A program made the position numbers and the translations under genes. Shown here in pieces: positions 29,471 through 37,696 of a stretch of 64,000 bases of DNA; the stretch's first letter is position 1; each line of letters begins with the position of its first letter. The stretch is from the NCBI GenBank assembly GCA_019637175.1, contig JAHBWD010000010.1:62715-126714 (forward strand), read 5' to 3'. Under the pieces are notes generated by a model that made no database searches, was not told where the DNA came from, and saw only the letters and a list, made by a program, of their open reading frames with translations. Source of the stretch: Labilithrix sp. (lineage in GTDB: Bacteria > Myxococcota_A > Polyangia > Polyangiales > Polyangiaceae).

Positions 29471-29730
29471 ACCGACCGGCGAGAACGGCCCGAGCGAGTC
29501 CGTCGTGAGGGCTTCGAGGGTTTCACGGCTCGTCGAGCCGGCGGAGACGGCTCATCCAGCGGGCCGTGCTCCTGCTCCCACTCCCCCACGACCTCGAGCA
29601 GCCCCTGGGCACGAAGCTTCCTCCGTGCCGCATCCGCGAGCCACGACGAGGTTGGTTCCTTGCCGGCAGCCTTCTTGACCGCACGAGCGAGCTCCGCGTC
29701 GAGAGAGATCGCCAGCCGCGCAACCGTCAT
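29467..29730 (-). CDS. vapB: Ribbon-helix-helix-type antitoxin (VapB-like) with Lys/Arg/Pro-rich C-terminal tail
   Basis: 87 aa. N-terminal MTVARLAISLDAELARAVKKAA fits an RHH/CopG DNA-binding fold. Lies immediately upstream of, and overlapping, the PIN gene. Confidence 0.65.
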   Translation of the reverse strand: MTVARLAISLDAELARAVKKAAGKEPTSSWLADAARRKLRAQGLLEVVGEWEQEHGPLDEPSPPARRAVKPSKPSRRTRSGRSRRSV

Positions 29731-29830
29731 ACCGCGATATTACGATCGTGCCTCACTCGGTGCAAGTGCGGGTGGCGGTCTCGATCGCCACTGCTGCGCT
29801 TCGAGGTCCGATCTCGGCGAGACGAAGCTC

Positions 29831-30205
29831 TGACGAGAGAAGAGAGAGACGAGAGCTCGAAAGAGAGACGCTGAGGCGCCGAAGGTGCTCGCGGGCGTCG
29901 CTCCTCCTTCGTCGCCCTTCGGGTGCTCGCAAAGTTCGCGGACGAACTTTGCTGCGCAGTTGGGAGTCTCGCTTCCGATGCGCCGCGCCCTGCCGCTCTG
30001 CAGAGCTTCGGCGCGCGATCTCGGAACACGCGCGCGAAGGCGCAACGAGGTCGTCGGTCGGAAGAGAGGTCTCCCCTCGCGCAGGAAACTTGCGTCTTCG
30101 CAAGTTTCCGAGCACCGCAGAGCGGCCCGCGAGAGGAGGCGCTCGCAGCACGCCCTCACGCTCCGCGCCTCAGCGCCTCTCTTTCCCCTCTCTCTCGAGA
30201 GAGAG
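29831..30205. repeat. Highly structured about 375-bp intergenic element bounded by about 22-nt inverted repeats (MITE-like or structured ncRNA candidate) and containing perfect palindromes
   Basis: GA-rich tract 29831-29880 ends in GAAAGAGAGACGCTGAGGCGCC (29859-29880). Its reverse complement GCGCCTCAGCGCCTCTCTTTC lies at 30165-30185. Internal perfect hairpins are GCAAAGTTCG-CGGA-CGAACTTTGC (29929-29952) and GGAAACTTGCG-TCT-TCGCAAGTTTCC (30084-30109). The same about 25-nt motif recurs at 10057-10172. Confidence 0.4.
30188..30205 (-). terminator. Perfect 18-nt palindrome CTCTCTCTCGAGAGAGAG directly downstream of the regulator gene stop (hairpin terminator candidate)
   Basis: Lies 10 nt 3' of the stop of the minus-strand gene ending at 30215; 7-bp GC/AT-mixed stem with a 4-nt loop. 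No T-tract, as is usual in high-GC genomes. Confidence 0.35.
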
Positions 30206-30214
30206 CGAGCGCCC

Positions 30215-32710
30215 TCACGCGCGCACGAGCGGCGTGACGACGACGAGCAGGTAGCCCTCGGGGCGCGTCTCGAGCAGATCGCGGAGCCCCATCTTCCGAA
30301 GCGTCGCCACCGCGACGCGCACCCGATGCGACGCGGCGCTCGCGATCGCCTTCTCCCCGGGCCACGCCGCGGCGAACAGCGTCGCGGAGGAGACCGGCGC
30401 GTCGGGACGCTCGATCCGCTCGGCGGCGAGGCGATCGAGCAGGAGCGCGAGCGACTTGCGGCGCTCGAGGCCCACGCGCGACGCCGCAGGCGCGCGAAAC
30501 CAGCTCCCTCCCGCGCCGATCACGAGCGCGTCGGCCGGCGGCGCGGCCCCCGGGCTCGCCACCGCGACGACGCGCGCGAGGATGCGCGCGTAGAGCGATC
30601 CCGCGGGAGGCGACCACGACGCGGCGACGCCGTCGAGCGCCGCGAGGTGTACGCCGAACCACTGCGCATCGGCGCTCTCGAGGGGCGCGTGATCGCGCGC
30701 GTCCGCGAGCAGCGCGTAGGCTTCGGCCGCGGCGCCGCGCTCTCGCGCGAGGACGCCGAGGTGACCGCGCGCGTTCGCGGCCTCGCGCGCGAGGCCGTGA
30801 ACCGCGTAGACATCGCGCGCCGCCGCCAGCGACGACGCCGCGCCTTCGAGATCGCCCGAGGCGTGTCGAACGATCCCCGTCGCCTCGCGCGCCGTCGCTT
30901 CGCTCCTCGGATCGCGCTCGATCGACGACGCGTCGATCGCCGCGTCGAGGCTCGCCTTCGCCGCCGGCAGGTCGCCCGCGTCGGCGCACGCGCGCGCGTG
31001 CTCGACGAGGAGGCCCGCGCGGCGCGCGCGGTCTCGATCCGGCGCAAGAAGCGCCAGCGCCCGCTCGAGGAGCGCGCGCGCGTCGGTCACGACGTTCGAG
31101 ACCGACGCCTGGAGCGCGAGCGCGTCGGCCTGGCGCGCGCGCGCGCCGAGCGCGGCGAACGCCTGCGTAGCGCGCTCGAAGTGCTGGCGCGCCGCGTCGC
31201 GCTCGCCGCCCGCGAGCACGGTCTTTCCGAGCTCGAGGCCGGCGTCCGCCGCGACGAGGCCGTGGCCGAGCGCGCGCGCGAGCGACTCGGCGGCGAGCAG
31301 ATCCTTGAGCGCGCCGCGGAGATCGCCGCGCTCGCGGCGGAGCGCGCCGCGCAGGATCGTCGCGCGCGCCGTGAGCCCCGGATCGGCGCCCGAGTCGCGC
31401 GTGCGCTCGACGACGGGCGCGACGAGCGACGCGATCGACGCGAGCGGACCTCGCGCGAGCAAGACGCTGCTCAGCGCGACGAGGCCGCGCAGCGCCTGGT
31501 CCGCGCGCTGCGACGTGATCGATCCCCCGAGGACGCGCTCGACGACCGCGAGCACGTTCTCGCGTTCGTCGACGAGCCACGTGCGCGCGGAGGCGTCACG
31601 GTCCGCTTCGCGCGCGGCGCGCTCGGCCTCGGCGACGAACCACGCGGCGTGGCGCTCCTCGGCCTGCGCGATCGGCGCCGCGCGCTCGCGCACCACGTAG
31701 GCGCGCACCGCTCCGTAGAGATCGAAACGCGCTCCCTCGCGGCGACGCACGAGCGACTTGCCGGCGAGCGCGTCGAGCGCGTCGAGCGCCGACGAAGGCG
31801 GCGCGATCTCGACGACCGCGTCCACCGCGGCCGCCGTGAAGCCGCCGCGAAACACCGTGAGCTGCGCGAGCACGTCGCGCTCGTCGGGCGTCAGCGCGTC
31901 GAACGATCCGCGCACCGCGGCCTCGACCGACGCGTGTCGATCGGGACCGCCGCGCGCGGCGCGCGCGAGCGGCTCGGCGGAGCTTCGCAGGCGATGCAAG
32001 AGCGCTCGCGCGCCGAAGAGCGGAAGGCGCGCGCCCACGATCTCGAGCGCGAGGGGCACGCCCTCCATGAGCGCGACGATCTCCGACGCGTACGCGGCCT
32101 CGTCGTCACGGAGCGCAAACGCGTGCGCCCCCTTCTGCGCCGTCGCGACGAGGAGCTCGATCCCTTCGTCGAGCGCGCCGATCTCGTGCACCACCTCGCC
32201 CACGATCGCGAGACGCTCGCGCGACGTCACGATCATCTCCGCTTCGGGCGCAGCGTCGAGCCACGCGCCGGCGGTCGCGAGCGCGTGCTCGACGAGGCCG
32301 TCGAAGTTGTCGACGACGACGACGATCGCGCCGCGCGCCGCGAGCGCGGCGCCGACGCCCGCGACGCCGTCGTCGCTCGCGTCGAGGACGGCGTCGCAGG
32401 CCGCGGCCATCGCGTCGACGATCCCCGCGAGATCGCGCGCCGCCGAGAGATCGCAGAACAGCGCCGCCTCGCGCGCCCCTCGCGTGACGCGGCGCGAAGC
32501 ATGCTCCACCGCGAGCGCCGTCTTGCCGATGCCCCCCGGGCCGAGCAGCGTGACGAGGCGCGTGCCTTCGTCGAACCGCGCCGCGAGCGCGTCGAGATCA
32601 CGGCGCCGGCCCACGAAGGGGACCGCGCGCGGGAGGGTCGTCGAGGAAGACGGCGTCACGGGTTCAATCTGCCACAAGGATCTCTCGGTCGTCGCGCCGT
32701 CCGCTACCAT
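30215..32710 (-). CDS. NB-ARC/STAND ATPase - TPR-like - C-terminal OmpR/SARP-type winged-helix transcriptional regulator (AfsR-like with permuted domain order)
   Basis: 831 aa with Walker A LLGPGGIGKT and an NB-ARC-like region, then a long Ala/Leu/Arg helical-repeat region. The C-terminal approximately 70 aa SLALLLDRLA...LFAAAWPGE...SHRVRVAVATLRKMGL...EGYLL matches the Trans_reg_C consensus. Its start codon lies only about 11 nt from the divergent kinase start, so one of the two starts may be downstream. Confidence 0.85.
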   Translation of the reverse strand: MVADGATTERSLWQIEPVTPSSSTTLPRAVPFVGRRRDLDALAARFDEGTRLVTLLGPGGIGKTALAVEHASRRVTRGAREAALFCDLSAARDLAGIVDAMAAACDAVLDASDDGVAGVGAALAARGAIVVVVDNFDGLVEHALATAGAWLDAAPEAEMIVTSRERLAIVGEVVHEIGALDEGIELLVATAQKGAHAFALRDDEAAYASEIVALMEGVPLALEIVGARLPLFGARALLHRLRSSAEPLARAARGGPDRHASVEAAVRGSFDALTPDERDVLAQLTVFRGGFTAAAVDAVVEIAPPSSALDALDALAGKSLVRRREGARFDLYGAVRAYVVRERAAPIAQAEERHAAWFVAEAERAAREADRDASARTWLVDERENVLAVVERVLGGSITSQRADQALRGLVALSSVLLARGPLASIASLVAPVVERTRDSGADPGLTARATILRGALRRERGDLRGALKDLLAAESLARALGHGLVAADAGLELGKTVLAGGERDAARQHFERATQAFAALGARARQADALALQASVSNVVTDARALLERALALLAPDRDRARRAGLLVEHARACADAGDLPAAKASLDAAIDASSIERDPRSEATAREATGIVRHASGDLEGAASSLAAARDVYAVHGLAREAANARGHLGVLARERGAAAEAYALLADARDHAPLESADAQWFGVHLAALDGVAASWSPPAGSLYARILARVVAVASPGAAPPADALVIGAGGSWFRAPAASRVGLERRKSLALLLDRLAAERIERPDAPVSSATLFAAAWPGEKAIASAASHRVRVAVATLRKMGLRDLLETRPEGYLLVVVTPLVRA

Positions 32711-32721
32711 GGAGTCTCGCG

Positions 32722-34140
32722 ATGCGCGTGCGCCTCGACAAGTACGAGATCGCCCATCGGTCGGCGCAGACCCGGAGCCTCCTCGCGTTCGTCTTCGGCG
32801 GCATCGGCATCGTCGTCTTCGGCTTCCTCACGTTCCTCGGCGCGATCATGTTCGTGCTGCCCACGGGCGACGGCGGCGGCCTCTACGCGCAGCGAAGCGG
32901 GATCGTCGTCGGTCTCTTCATGGGCGCGATGCCGACGGTGATCAGCACGCTCGTCGTGGTTTGGGGCGCGAAGAAGCGCGCGCGGTTCCGCCGCCTCGGC
33001 GCGCTCGCCGGCCTCGCGCGCCAAACGCCGCTCTTGACCACGTCGCACGTCGCGCAGTCGCTCCGCCTATCGCCGATCGACGCCGACGGCCTCGTGCTCG
33101 AGGCGACCGCGCTCGGGCTCATCGACGACGGTCCCCACGCCACGCCCGTGACGGCCGGCGCGCTCGCGCCCACGGTCGCGAGCGACGGCGCGGGGCCATC
33201 GAATCCGCCGCCCGCAGGCGAGCGCGTCGGCCCCGGCACCGTGCTCGGCGGCGCCTATCGCATCGAGGAGCCGCTCGGCCGCGGCGGCATGGGCGAGGTC
33301 CACGCGGCGCGCCACCTGCGAACCGGGCGCCGATACGCGGTCAAGACGATCCTCCCCGGCGCGCGCGTCAACGACGCGCTCGTCCGCCGCTTCGAGCGTG
33401 AGGCGACCGCCGCGAGCGCGATCGGCCATCCCGGAATCGTTCAGGTCCACGACTTCAACGTCGCGCCCGGTGGGCTCTTCTACCTCGTGATGGATCTGCT
33501 CGAGGGCGAGACGCTCGCGACGCGGCTCGAGCGCACCTCCGCGCTGTCTTGGCCCGAAGCGCGGCGGATCGCGACCGAGCTCTGCGCCGCGCTCGGCGCC
33601 GCGCACGATCACGGCTTGCTCCATCGCGACATCAAGCCGGGCAACATCTTCCTCGCGAAGAGCGCGGCGAGGCCGTCACCTCCCGAGCGGGCCGTGCTCG
33701 TCGACTTCGGTCTCGTCAAGCCGATGGAGGAGACCTCGGCGGTCACGAGCACCGGGGCGGTGGTCGGCACGCCCATGTACATGTCGCCCGAGCAAGCGCG
33801 CGGCGAGACGCTCGACGTTCGCTCCGATCTCTACAGCCTCGCCGCCGTCATCTTCGAGATGATCACGGGCGCGCCGCCCTTCATCGATCGAACGATGGCG
33901 TCGGTGTACGCGCGTCTGCTCAAGGATCCGCCGCCTCGGGCTTCGCAGGTGTCGAGCCGCGCGATCCCTCCCGCGGTCGACGACGTGCTCGTCAAGGCGC
34001 TCGCGAAGGATCGCGCCGCGCGCTTCGGGCACGCGCGCCTCTTCGGAGAAGCGCTCGCGAGCATCGCGCCCGACGCCGCCGGCGCCGGGCCGCGCCCCGA
34101 AGAGGGCGCCGCGCCGACCACCGAGCGCATGGTGAATTGA
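32722..34140 (+). CDS. Hanks-type Ser/Thr protein kinase with N-terminal 2-TM membrane anchor and C-terminal kinase domain
   Basis: 472 aa. Kinase subdomains are present: GRGGMGEVHAA, AVK, HRDIKPGNIFL, DFGLVK, GTPMYMSPE. The N-terminal 100 aa is hydrophobic, and the linker contains an HTH-like segment (LLTTSHVAQSLRLSPIDADGLVLEATALGLI). Confidence 0.9.
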   Translation: MRVRLDKYEIAHRSAQTRSLLAFVFGGIGIVVFGFLTFLGAIMFVLPTGDGGGLYAQRSGIVVGLFMGAMPTVISTLVVVWGAKKRARFRRLGALAGLARQTPLLTTSHVAQSLRLSPIDADGLVLEATALGLIDDGPHATPVTAGALAPTVASDGAGPSNPPPAGERVGPGTVLGGAYRIEEPLGRGGMGEVHAARHLRTGRRYAVKTILPGARVNDALVRRFEREATAASAIGHPGIVQVHDFNVAPGGLFYLVMDLLEGETLATRLERTSALSWPEARRIATELCAALGAAHDHGLLHRDIKPGNIFLAKSAARPSPPERAVLVDFGLVKPMEETSAVTSTGAVVGTPMYMSPEQARGETLDVRSDLYSLAAVIFEMITGAPPFIDRTMASVYARLLKDPPPRASQVSSRAIPPAVDDVLVKALAKDRAARFGHARLFGEALASIAPDAAGAGPRPEEGAAPTTERMVN

Positions 34141-34160
34141 TCGCGTGATACGCTCGGCGC

Positions 34161-35672
34161 GTGCCGTCCGAGAGCACACGCCTTCCGACCGCGCCGGGGC
34201 CCGAGCCGTATCGCGTGCTCGGCGCGCTCCCCCAGCTCCTCCGCTTCGGGCGCGATCCGATCAGCGTCGCGGGCAAGCTCTTCGAGCGCTACGGACCGCT
34301 CGCGTCGATCGTGCGCGCGCCCGCGCGGATCATGAGCCCTGGCGGCCGCGCGGTCGTCCTCGCCAACGGCCCCGAGCTCAATCGCGAGATCCTCACCGAG
34401 CACAATCGGTACCGGATGTTCGCGCTGCCCGGCACCTTCTATCCGGAGGATCACGAGCTCTCGAACGGATCGAAGGTGCCGTTCCGCGCGAGGCCCGAGC
34501 GCCTTCGCCCGATCCGCCGAACGCTGACGGGGCTCTTCCACGTCAACGGCGACGAGCACCGGCGCCATCGCCGCTTGCTCCAGCCCGCGTTCCACAAGAC
34601 GCGCATCGACGCTTATCGCGACGACATGGTCACGCTCACCGAGAAGATGCTCGACGAGTGGCACCACGGGCAGCTCCGCGACGTCCACGCCGACATGACC
34701 GAGCTCACGCTCCGCATCGCGACCAAGACGCTCTTCGGCGAAGACGCCGGTGAGCGCGGCGTCGCGCTCGCGCGCATGATGCAGCAGTGGCTCGTCACGA
34801 TGTTCTCTCCCGGGATGCTCCTACGCCTCGATCTGAAGCGGCTCCCCTACGCGCGCTGGCTCGATCTCACGCGCGCGATCGACGAAGAGACCGTGGCGAT
34901 CCTCCGCGACAAGCAGGCCCGCATCGCAGACGCGAAGCACGTGGGCGCCGACATGCTCTCGATGCTCGTCGCCGCGCGCGACGAAGACGGCAGCGCGCTC
35001 GACGACGACGAGCTCGTCGGCCACACCGGCGTGATCTTCGCCGCGGGCCACGAGACGAGCACGAACGCGCTGGCGTGGACGCTCTTCTTGCTCGCGGAGC
35101 ATCCGGGCGCGGCCAACGATCTCGTCGACGAGCTCGAGGGCCTGCTCAAGGGCGACGCGCCGACCATCGAGCAGCTCGGCAAGCTCCCGCTCCTCGACGG
35201 CGTCGTGAAGGAGAGCATGCGGCTCCTGCCGCCCGTGCCGCTTCATCCGCGCGTGGTGGGCGAAGACACCGAGCTCGGCGGCCACTTCCTTCCCGCCAAT
35301 ACGGAGCTGTTCCTCAGCATCTTCCACATGCACCACGATCCGGCGATCTTCGACGAGCCGGGGCGCTTTCTCCCTGCGCGATGGTCGCGTATCAAGCCGT
35401 CGATCTTCGAGTACAACCCGTTCAGCGCCGGCCCGCGCATGTGCATCGGGGCGGCGTTCGCGACGATGGAGATCAAGATCGCGCTGGCGATGCTCCTCCA
35501 GCGGTTCCGCGTCGAGCTGCCGCCGCGCGCGCGCGTCGACCGACGCGTCGCGATCACGATGGCGCCGCGAGACGGCCTGCCCATGCGGATCCGACCGCCC
35601 GATCGCGCGTGGCGCTCGGGGCCGCGCGGATCGCGCGGCAACGTCAGGGAGCTCTTGGAGCTGCCCTCGTGA
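34161..35672 (+). CDS. Cytochrome P450 monooxygenase
   Basis: 503 aa with I-helix AAGHETS, EXXR, and haem loop FSAGPRMCIGAAFA. Starts 20 nt after the kinase stop. Confidence 0.9.
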   Translation: MPSESTRLPTAPGPEPYRVLGALPQLLRFGRDPISVAGKLFERYGPLASIVRAPARIMSPGGRAVVLANGPELNREILTEHNRYRMFALPGTFYPEDHELSNGSKVPFRARPERLRPIRRTLTGLFHVNGDEHRRHRRLLQPAFHKTRIDAYRDDMVTLTEKMLDEWHHGQLRDVHADMTELTLRIATKTLFGEDAGERGVALARMMQQWLVTMFSPGMLLRLDLKRLPYARWLDLTRAIDEETVAILRDKQARIADAKHVGADMLSMLVAARDEDGSALDDDELVGHTGVIFAAGHETSTNALAWTLFLLAEHPGAANDLVDELEGLLKGDAPTIEQLGKLPLLDGVVKESMRLLPPVPLHPRVVGEDTELGGHFLPANTELFLSIFHMHHDPAIFDEPGRFLPARWSRIKPSIFEYNPFSAGPRMCIGAAFATMEIKIALAMLLQRFRVELPPRARVDRRVAITMAPRDGLPMRIRPPDRAWRSGPRGSRGNVRELLELPS

Positions 35673-37696
35673 TCCACGGCCTCTTCGGCCGTCCCTTCGT
35701 CGATCTCGAGCGCTTCATCGATCTCTCGGCGCTCGAGGAGATCCACGAGGAGATCTGCCTGGGCCTCTCGCAGGTGCCCGTCGACTACACGGGCGGGAGC
35801 CATCGCGCCATGTGCATCATGCCGGCCTCGCGCACCGGCGAGGCGCACGCCGACTACGGCGAGATCATCCCGCGCCTCGGCGCCGCGGAGTACGCGACGT
35901 TTCGCTCGCTCGCCGACGAGCCCGCGTCGTTTCCCGCGAGCCCCGACGGCGCGACCGTCGGCGAAGAGCGCGATCACCCGCTCTCGCGACGGCAGATGCT
36001 GTGGCTCGAGTATCGCTTCGGCGTCTACTTCCCGTGGAAGATCCACCTCGAGATGATCCCGAACCGCTACTGGGACGAGAAGAGCTCCGCCGAAGGCAAA
36101 GACTTCACGCGCGTCGCGAAGACCTTCTTCCCGAAGACGGTGGCCTTCGCCCGATCGCTGCCTTTCGAGCACGTCGGGCGGTGCAACGTGATGGGCCTCT
36201 CCGGCAACGATCACGGCTCCGTCCATCGCGACGGAGCCCCCGAGGAGAAGCCCGACGCCGATCACTTCGTCACGATCTGCCCCGCGGGCAACAAGCGCCT
36301 CTATCTCTGGGACGAAGAGAAGAAGGAGAAGCTGCCCGTGAGCTCCCGCGCGTACTGGTTCAACGACTCCGACTATCACGGCGTCGACGCCGACCCGTTC
36401 TTCCGCGACTCGATCCGCGTCGACGGCGTGTGCCATCCGGAGCATCCTCGTCGCCGGCGCCGTCATCGCCGGGTTCGGCGCGATGCTCACCATGTGCGTC
36501 AAGGCCGCCGTCAGCCCCTCCGAGCCGGACTTCATCGATCAGCGACGGCGATCGCTCGACATGCAGAAGGAGTTCGGCTGGGCCTTCGGCGCCGTCGGCG
36601 AGCCGCTCGTCTTCGACGGCGTCTCCACGAAGCCCTTCGAGCCCGGCGCGCTCCAGTCGCTCGGCGTCGATCTCGCTCCGGCGCGCGGCGATCTCCTCCC
36701 CTACTTCCAGCGCGCGCTCTTCGAGTCGCCGAGCGCGGCGCCCACGAACCTCGCGTCGCTCGATCCTCCGAGGCCGTCGGGTTCCAGCTCCTCTCGACGG
36801 TCGTGCAGCCGATCGCCACGCCCGCGATGGCGATCCACTTCGAGCGAGGCACGGCCCTCGCCTCGCTCTTTCTGAGCCTCGTCGAGGGCGGCGGCAAGCC
36901 GACCGACGCGAAGACGGCGATCATCGTCGATCTCCCGGGCCCGGACGCCGTGGCGTTCGCGGCCGGCGCCGCGTCGATCTTCGATCCCGTCTTCCTCTTC
37001 GACAACTGGCCTCACCCGCGCGGCGTCGTGCGCGCGCACGAGACGCTGTCGGCGGCGGCCTACTATCAACCTCTCTTCGCGAAGGCGAGAGCGACGCGAG
37101 GTCCGGCGGCCGACAGAGCGCCTCCGATGTTCGTCCTCGATCGCCGGCGCCTCTTCGCCTACACCGACGACGCGACGCAGTTCGACAATCGCTACGTCGC
37201 CAAGCTGCCGTCGCCCTCGGTGGCGATGCGAGCGCTCGGCGTCAACAACGTCCTCTACGTCGTGCCGCTGAAGGTCGACACCGCGGTCGAGATGGACGAC
37301 GTCAACGACGATCTCCTCCTCTACAAGGGCTCGGGGATGGACGTGCGGAGCCTCTCGACGGACATGTTCCAGCACGACGCCACCGCGAGCGCGAGCGTCC
37401 TCTACTACGGCGGGAGCCCGCTCTCGCATCACGCGTTCTTCGCCGACTACCCTTGGGCGAAGCCCGCGCGCGCGGCGTCGCTCCGCCCGCACAACCCCGG
37501 CACGAGCTTCACGCCACGGCCGCGCTCGACGGCGTACTCGACCGGCACGCCGACGGGCAGCGTCGCCCGAGCGCGGCCCGCCGACTTCGGCACCGTGCCC
37601 GTCGCCGTCGCCGTCGCCAGCGGCGTGGTGCTCGGCGCGCGCCACTCGCGGAGCGGCTCGTGGAATCGGACCTCGGGCGGGAGCAGCAGCAGCTGA
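35669..37696 (+). CDS. Aspartyl/asparaginyl beta-hydroxylase-like (2OG/Fe(II) cupin oxygenase-like) N-terminal domain gene with interrupted reading frame (coding signal switches frame twice); possible pseudogene or sequence errors
   Basis: GTG at 35669 overlaps the P450 stop (GTGA). Frame 2 codes convincingly to about 36445 (...HRDG...AYWFNDSDYHGVDAD...RDSIRVD, AspH-like). About 36430-36770 only frame 0 is protein-like (...ILVAGAVIAGFGAMLTMCV...). Frame 2 is protein-like again from about 36780 to the stop at 37696, with no stop codon in frame 2 throughout. Confidence 0.45.
   Translation: MIHGLFGRPFVDLERFIDLSALEEIHEEICLGLSQVPVDYTGGSHRAMCIMPASRTGEAHADYGEIIPRLGAAEYATFRSLADEPASFPASPDGATVGEERDHPLSRRQMLWLEYRFGVYFPWKIHLEMIPNRYWDEKSSAEGKDFTRVAKTFFPKTVAFARSLPFEHVGRCNVMGLSGNDHGSVHRDGAPEEKPDADHFVTICPAGNKRLYLWDEEKKEKLPVSSRAYWFNDSDYHGVDADPFFRDSIRVDGVCHPEHPRRRRRHRRVRRDAHHVRQGRRQPLRAGLHRSATAIARHAEGVRLGLRRRRRAARLRRRLHEALRARRAPVARRRSRSGARRSPPLLPARALRVAERGAHEPRVARSSEAVGFQLLSTVVQPIATPAMAIHFERGTALASLFLSLVEGGGKPTDAKTAIIVDLPGPDAVAFAAGAASIFDPVFLFDNWPHPRGVVRAHETLSAAAYYQPLFAKARATRGPAADRAPPMFVLDRRRLFAYTDDATQFDNRYVAKLPSPSVAMRALGVNNVLYVVPLKVDTAVEMDDVNDDLLLYKGSGMDVRSLSTDMFQHDATASASVLYYGGSPLSHHAFFADYPWAKPARAASLRPHNPGTSFTPRPRSTAYSTGTPTGSVARARPADFGTVPVAVAVASGVVLGARHSRSGSWNRTSGGSSSS

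Noticed and set aside
29748-30254. ORFs 29748..30254 (+), 29923..30237 (+) and 29740..30159 (-) inside the structured intergenic element
   Set aside because: Biased Ala/Arg/Ser composition. They run straight through perfect palindromes and inverted repeats. The region is better explained as a non-coding repeat or terminator element.
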